In this document: piece by piece, positions 60,816 through 64,000 of the stretch
How positions within the stretch are numbered: the stretch's first letter is position 1
Layout: every line of letters begins with the position of its first letter
From: an uncultured delta proteobacterium
Lineage (GTDB): Bacteria; Desulfobacterota; BSN033; UBA1163
Length of the DNA stretch: 64,000 bases
Direction of reading: 5' to 3'
Assembly (NCBI GenBank): GCA_963708295.1
Contig: CAVPSJ010000013.1
Span: 192,001 to 256,000, forward strand
Position numbers and translations under genes: made by a program
Notes under the pieces: generated by a model
The model's input: the letters and a program-made list of their open reading frames with translations, nothing else
What the model was told of the DNA's origin: nothing
The model's database searches: none

Positions 60816-62267
60816 ATGGCTTTAGAACTCAAACAGTCGCCCAAACTCGTTCAGCAGCTGGTGATTACTCCTCAGCTTCAGCAGGCGATTCGCCTTCTCC
60901 AATTAACGCGCCTTGAGCTGGTAGACATGATCAGCCAGGAGATGAAGGAGAACCCGCTCCTGGAGGAAACGGAAGAGGGAAGGGAGATTGCAGAAGGCGA
61001 AGCTCCGGTGACCGAGCAGGCGGAAGCCGAAACGGCTCCAGAGCCCGAGGTCACCCCGGAAGTAAAAGGAGCTGGAGAGGGAGCGGACGAGTTCGATTGG
61101 GAGAACTATTTGGAGAATTCGAACCTAACGTCATTCCAGAAGGGTTCCTCCGACGGAGAAGAAAGGCCCTCCTTCGAGAATTTCCTGACGAAGAGAACGA
61201 CCCTCACGGATCATCTTCATTGGCAACTCCAGCTCTCACGTTTCACGGAAGAAGAGCACGAGGCCGGGACATGGATCATCGGGAACCTGGATGAAGAGGG
61301 GTATCTGAAAATCTCCCTGGAAGATATCTGTTCAGAAACCCATCTCTCGATGGAGGTAGTGGAAAAAGTCCTGCGGAAGGTTCAACAGTTCGACCCCGTA
61401 GGGGTGGCGGCGAGAGATTTGAAAGAATGCCTTCTCATTCAGCTTGAGCAGCTGAGCCCACGAGAACTGCTTGCCGAAAGAATCGTTTCCGAACAGCTCT
61501 CTCTCTTGAAAAATCGAAATTATCCGGCGATTGCCAAACGGTTAGGAGTGTCTCTGGACCGGGTAAATCGCGCTGCCGCTCTCATTTCTAGATTGGATCC
61601 GAAACCTGGAAAAGCCTTCGGGGGGGAGGCGGTTCAAGAGATCGTCCCCGATGTCTACGTCTATAAGGTCGAGGGAGATTATGTCATCTACTTGAACGAT
61701 GAGGGGGTCCCAAGACTCAAAATCAATTCTCTCTACAGAAACGTCCTCAACGGGAGCCGCCTGGCTCCGGAAGGAGATCGAAAGTATATTCAAGACAAGC
61801 TCCGGTCCGCCCTTTGGCTGATCCGCAGCATTCACCAACGGCAGAGGACGATTTATAAGGTGGCCAAAAGCATCGTAAAGTTTCAAAGGGGATTTTTGGA
61901 TAGCGGGATTCAGGCTCTCAAACCCCTGGTGCTGCGGGATGTGGCAGAAGATATCCAGATGCACGAATCCACGATTAGCCGGGTGACCCACAACAAGTAC
62001 ATTCATACCCCTCAGGGAATCTATGAATTAAAGTTTTTCTTCAACGCAGGGATTACCTCCACACAAGGCGAGACGATGGCTTCGGAGAGTGTCAAGAATC
62101 TGGTCCGAGAGATCATCGCTAAGGAAGATCCTAAGAAACCCTATAGCGATGAGAAATTGGTTCAGATTCTCCAAGGAATGAACATCCATATCGCTCGAAG
62201 AACCGTTTCAAAGTATCGAGAAATGATGAAGATCCTTTCTTCCAACGAACGGAGGAAGATCGTTTAA
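60816..62267 (+). CDS. rpoN: RNA polymerase sigma-54 factor
   Basis: QLVITPQLQQAIRLLQL, HESTISRVT, RpoN box ARRTVSKYR; own AGGAG RBS before ATG 60816. Confidence 0.97.
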   Translation: MALELKQSPKLVQQLVITPQLQQAIRLLQLTRLELVDMISQEMKENPLLEETEEGREIAEGEAPVTEQAEAETAPEPEVTPEVKGAGEGADEFDWENYLENSNLTSFQKGSSDGEERPSFENFLTKRTTLTDHLHWQLQLSRFTEEEHEAGTWIIGNLDEEGYLKISLEDICSETHLSMEVVEKVLRKVQQFDPVGVAARDLKECLLIQLEQLSPRELLAERIVSEQLSLLKNRNYPAIAKRLGVSLDRVNRAAALISRLDPKPGKAFGGEAVQEIVPDVYVYKVEGDYVIYLNDEGVPRLKINSLYRNVLNGSRLAPEGDRKYIQDKLRSALWLIRSIHQRQRTIYKVAKSIVKFQRGFLDSGIQALKPLVLRDVAEDIQMHESTISRVTHNKYIHTPQGIYELKFFFNAGITSTQGETMASESVKNLVREIIAKEDPKKPYSDEKLVQILQGMNIHIARRTVSKYREMMKILSSNERRKIV

Positions 62268-62341
62268 CACGCGAAGATGTCTTATAGAGTGCCGCGTGCC
62301 CATCCGTCCCACGAGCTATCGTGACAACAAGGAGCTGACAG

Positions 62342-62887
62342 ATGCAGGTCGCAGTGACATTTCGACACATGAAGACCCACGAAGGGGTCAAGGCTTATGT
62401 GAAAGAGAAGGTGGAGAAGCTTCAAAAATATATTGAGAACCCGAGGGAAGTCCATGTCGTTCTGGCGGTTGAAAAATTCCGGCATATTGCGGAAATCACC
62501 GTTGTCGGGAATGGAGGGGTTTTCAATAGCCAGGGGAGGGACAACGACCTCCATGCGGCCATCGATCAGATGGTGGACAAGCTGGAGCGGCAGGTTCGCG
62601 AGGGGAGGAAGAAGGTTAGACAAAAGAGGGCGAGTGCCGCTTCACCGAAGACTCCCCTTCCAGGGCGCGGCAAGGCCGGAGAGGAAAGTGAAGAGGAAGA
62701 CCTGTCCTCTCTTGTCCAGCGGAGACGGACGGTGGCCAAACCGATGTCTCTTGAAGAGGCGCTGTCTCAATTGGCGGTTTCGAAAAAGGATATCTTGGTA
62801 TTTGTCAACTCGGACTCCGGGCAAATGAACGTCGTCTGTCGGTCTAAAAATGGGGGCTACGAGTGGGTCGAACCCTATCCCAAATAG
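62342..62887 (+). CDS. hpf: Ribosome hibernation promoting factor (long HPF)
   Basis: VTFRHM, DLHAAID..VDKLERQ, C-terminal KPMSLEEA; follows rpoN. Confidence 0.92.
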   Translation: MQVAVTFRHMKTHEGVKAYVKEKVEKLQKYIENPREVHVVLAVEKFRHIAEITVVGNGGVFNSQGRDNDLHAAIDQMVDKLERQVREGRKKVRQKRASAASPKTPLPGRGKAGEESEEEDLSSLVQRRRTVAKPMSLEEALSQLAVSKKDILVFVNSDSGQMNVVCRSKNGGYEWVEPYPK

Positions 62888-62904
62888 AAGGCGCTTGAGG
62901 GGAA

Positions 62905-63369
62905 ATGATGAAGATCATGGACTATCTAAACGAGGAATGGGTGATTCCCGACCTGCAGGGGACGGATAAAGCATCCATTCTGAAAGAATTATCAAGCGTC
63001 CTTGTGAAGCCCTGTCAAGTCGTCTCCGTCGAAGAATTGCTCCAGGTCCTCTTGGAACGAGAAAGGCTCGGATCTACGGGAATTGGAGAAGGAATTGCCA
63101 TCCCCCATGGCAGATTAAAAAAGTTGAAAGAGTTTCTTGTCTGTTTTGGCCGTTCTCTTAAGGGCGTGGATTTTGATTCGATTGATGGAAAACCGACTCA
63201 GCTTTTTTTCTTAGTCATGGCCCCAGAGAATTCGGCCGTAGAGAATCTGAAGCTACTGAGCCGTATTGTCGCCCTGCTGAAAGAGCCTTCTTTTAAGAAA
63301 AGATTGATAGGCGCTCAATCCCAAAGGGAGCTTTTCCAGATCCTCTCCGCAGAAGATGAGAGGTACTGA
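62905..63369 (+). CDS. ptsN: PTS IIA-Ntr-like protein
   Basis: RERLGSTGIGEGIAIPHG, DFDSIDGKP. Confidence 0.92.
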   Translation: MMKIMDYLNEEWVIPDLQGTDKASILKELSSVLVKPCQVVSVEELLQVLLERERLGSTGIGEGIAIPHGRLKKLKEFLVCFGRSLKGVDFDSIDGKPTQLFFLVMAPENSAVENLKLLSRIVALLKEPSFKKRLIGAQSQRELFQILSAEDERY

Positions 63370-63374
63370 TGACT

Positions 63375-63487
63375 CAAATCCAAATGTCAAAGTTCAAATG
63401 CCAAAAGTCAAAATTTGAACCCATGACAAAGTCTAGTATACGAAATTATCTTTTCGATGTTTTTTGACAATTGACTTTTGACATTGT
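63375..63487. repeat. 7-nt-period degenerate inverted-repeat element
   Basis: CAAATCCAAATGTCAAAGTTCAAATGCCAAAAGTCAAAA / TTTTGACAATTGACTTTTGACATTG. Confidence 0.8.
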
Positions 63488-63500
63488 ATTGGAGCTTGTT

Positions 63501-64000
63501 TTGGACGGTCTCCTCGCGCAAGAATTGGAGCAAAATCGCGAGCACCATTTGGAACTCACCCTGATGGCCGGCCGGAAAGGGCTCCGGAAGAAGATCACCC
63601 ATTCTCAGGTCCAAAAGATGGGGCTCGCCATGTCGGGGTTTATCCAATTCATCAACCCCGAGCGCGTTCAGATTATCGGTAATACGGAAGCAACTTATTT
63701 TAAGACGCTCGCTCCTGAGGTGAAAGAGAAGGTGATCCATCAGATCTGTAGCCTGCCACTGTCCTGTTTGGTCGTCACTCGAGGGTTGGAAATTCCAGAA
63801 CTGCTCCTCCAGGAGGCGGAGGAGAGAGGGATCCCGGTTTTCCGGACCAATCTCCGTTCTGTCGATTTCATCGAGCGGATCACCAAGTTTCTGGAGGAAA
63901 AACTCGCCTCCACCAGCAGCCTCCATGGTGTGCTCATGGATATTTACGGAGTCGGCGTCTTGATCCTGGGGAAAAGCGGTATCGGGAAAAGCGAATGCGC
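63501..64000 (+). CDS. hprK: HPr kinase/phosphorylase, runs off the window end
   Basis: Manual translation from TTG 63501 (GGAG upstream): ...MAGRKGL..QKMGLAMSGF..ERVQIIGNTE...HGVLMDIYGVGVLILGKSGIGKSEC. Confidence 0.93.
   Translation, partial: MDGLLAQELEQNREHHLELTLMAGRKGLRKKITHSQVQKMGLAMSGFIQFINPERVQIIGNTEATYFKTLAPEVKEKVIHQICSLPLSCLVVTRGLEIPELLLQEAEERGIPVFRTNLRSVDFIERITKFLEEKLASTSSLHGVLMDIYGVGVLILGKSGIGKSEC

Overview
This window looks like mostly housekeeping chromosome from a diderm bacterium whose gene content and order resemble Desulfobacterota/Deltaproteobacteria (inferred, not searched). Core blocks are ftsK-lolA-recO-glyQS, divergent ppdK/ppsA, queH, gap-pgk-tpiA-secG-tRNA-Leu(GAG), dacA, pyrR, recG, aminotransferase-hom, and apgM-pyrG-kdsD-lptCAB-rpoN-hpf-ptsN-hprK. 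Main points of interest: (1) An AT-richer accessory cluster at about 11.8-14.5 kb carries two paralogous exported PCYCGC-type proteins. Each has an in-frame TGA in place of the first Cys of a CxxC, followed by the same bSECIS-like hairpin, so both are probable selenoproteins missed by the ORF track. They bracket a triheme c7-type cytochrome and a very Met-rich exported protein. (2) Degenerate 7-nt-period inverted-repeat elements sit at about nine gene junctions; one encloses a four-helix-bundle (IVP/Avd-like) gene fused in frame to queH. (3) A GIY-YIG gene is bracketed by terminal inverted repeats, and empty copies of the same element occur elsewhere. (4) Several REP/MITE-like families are nested inside one another. 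(5) Two candidate structured ncRNAs are present. Several single-base frameshifts at short base runs suggest consensus errors, so apparent fusions and pseudogenes need read-level checks.
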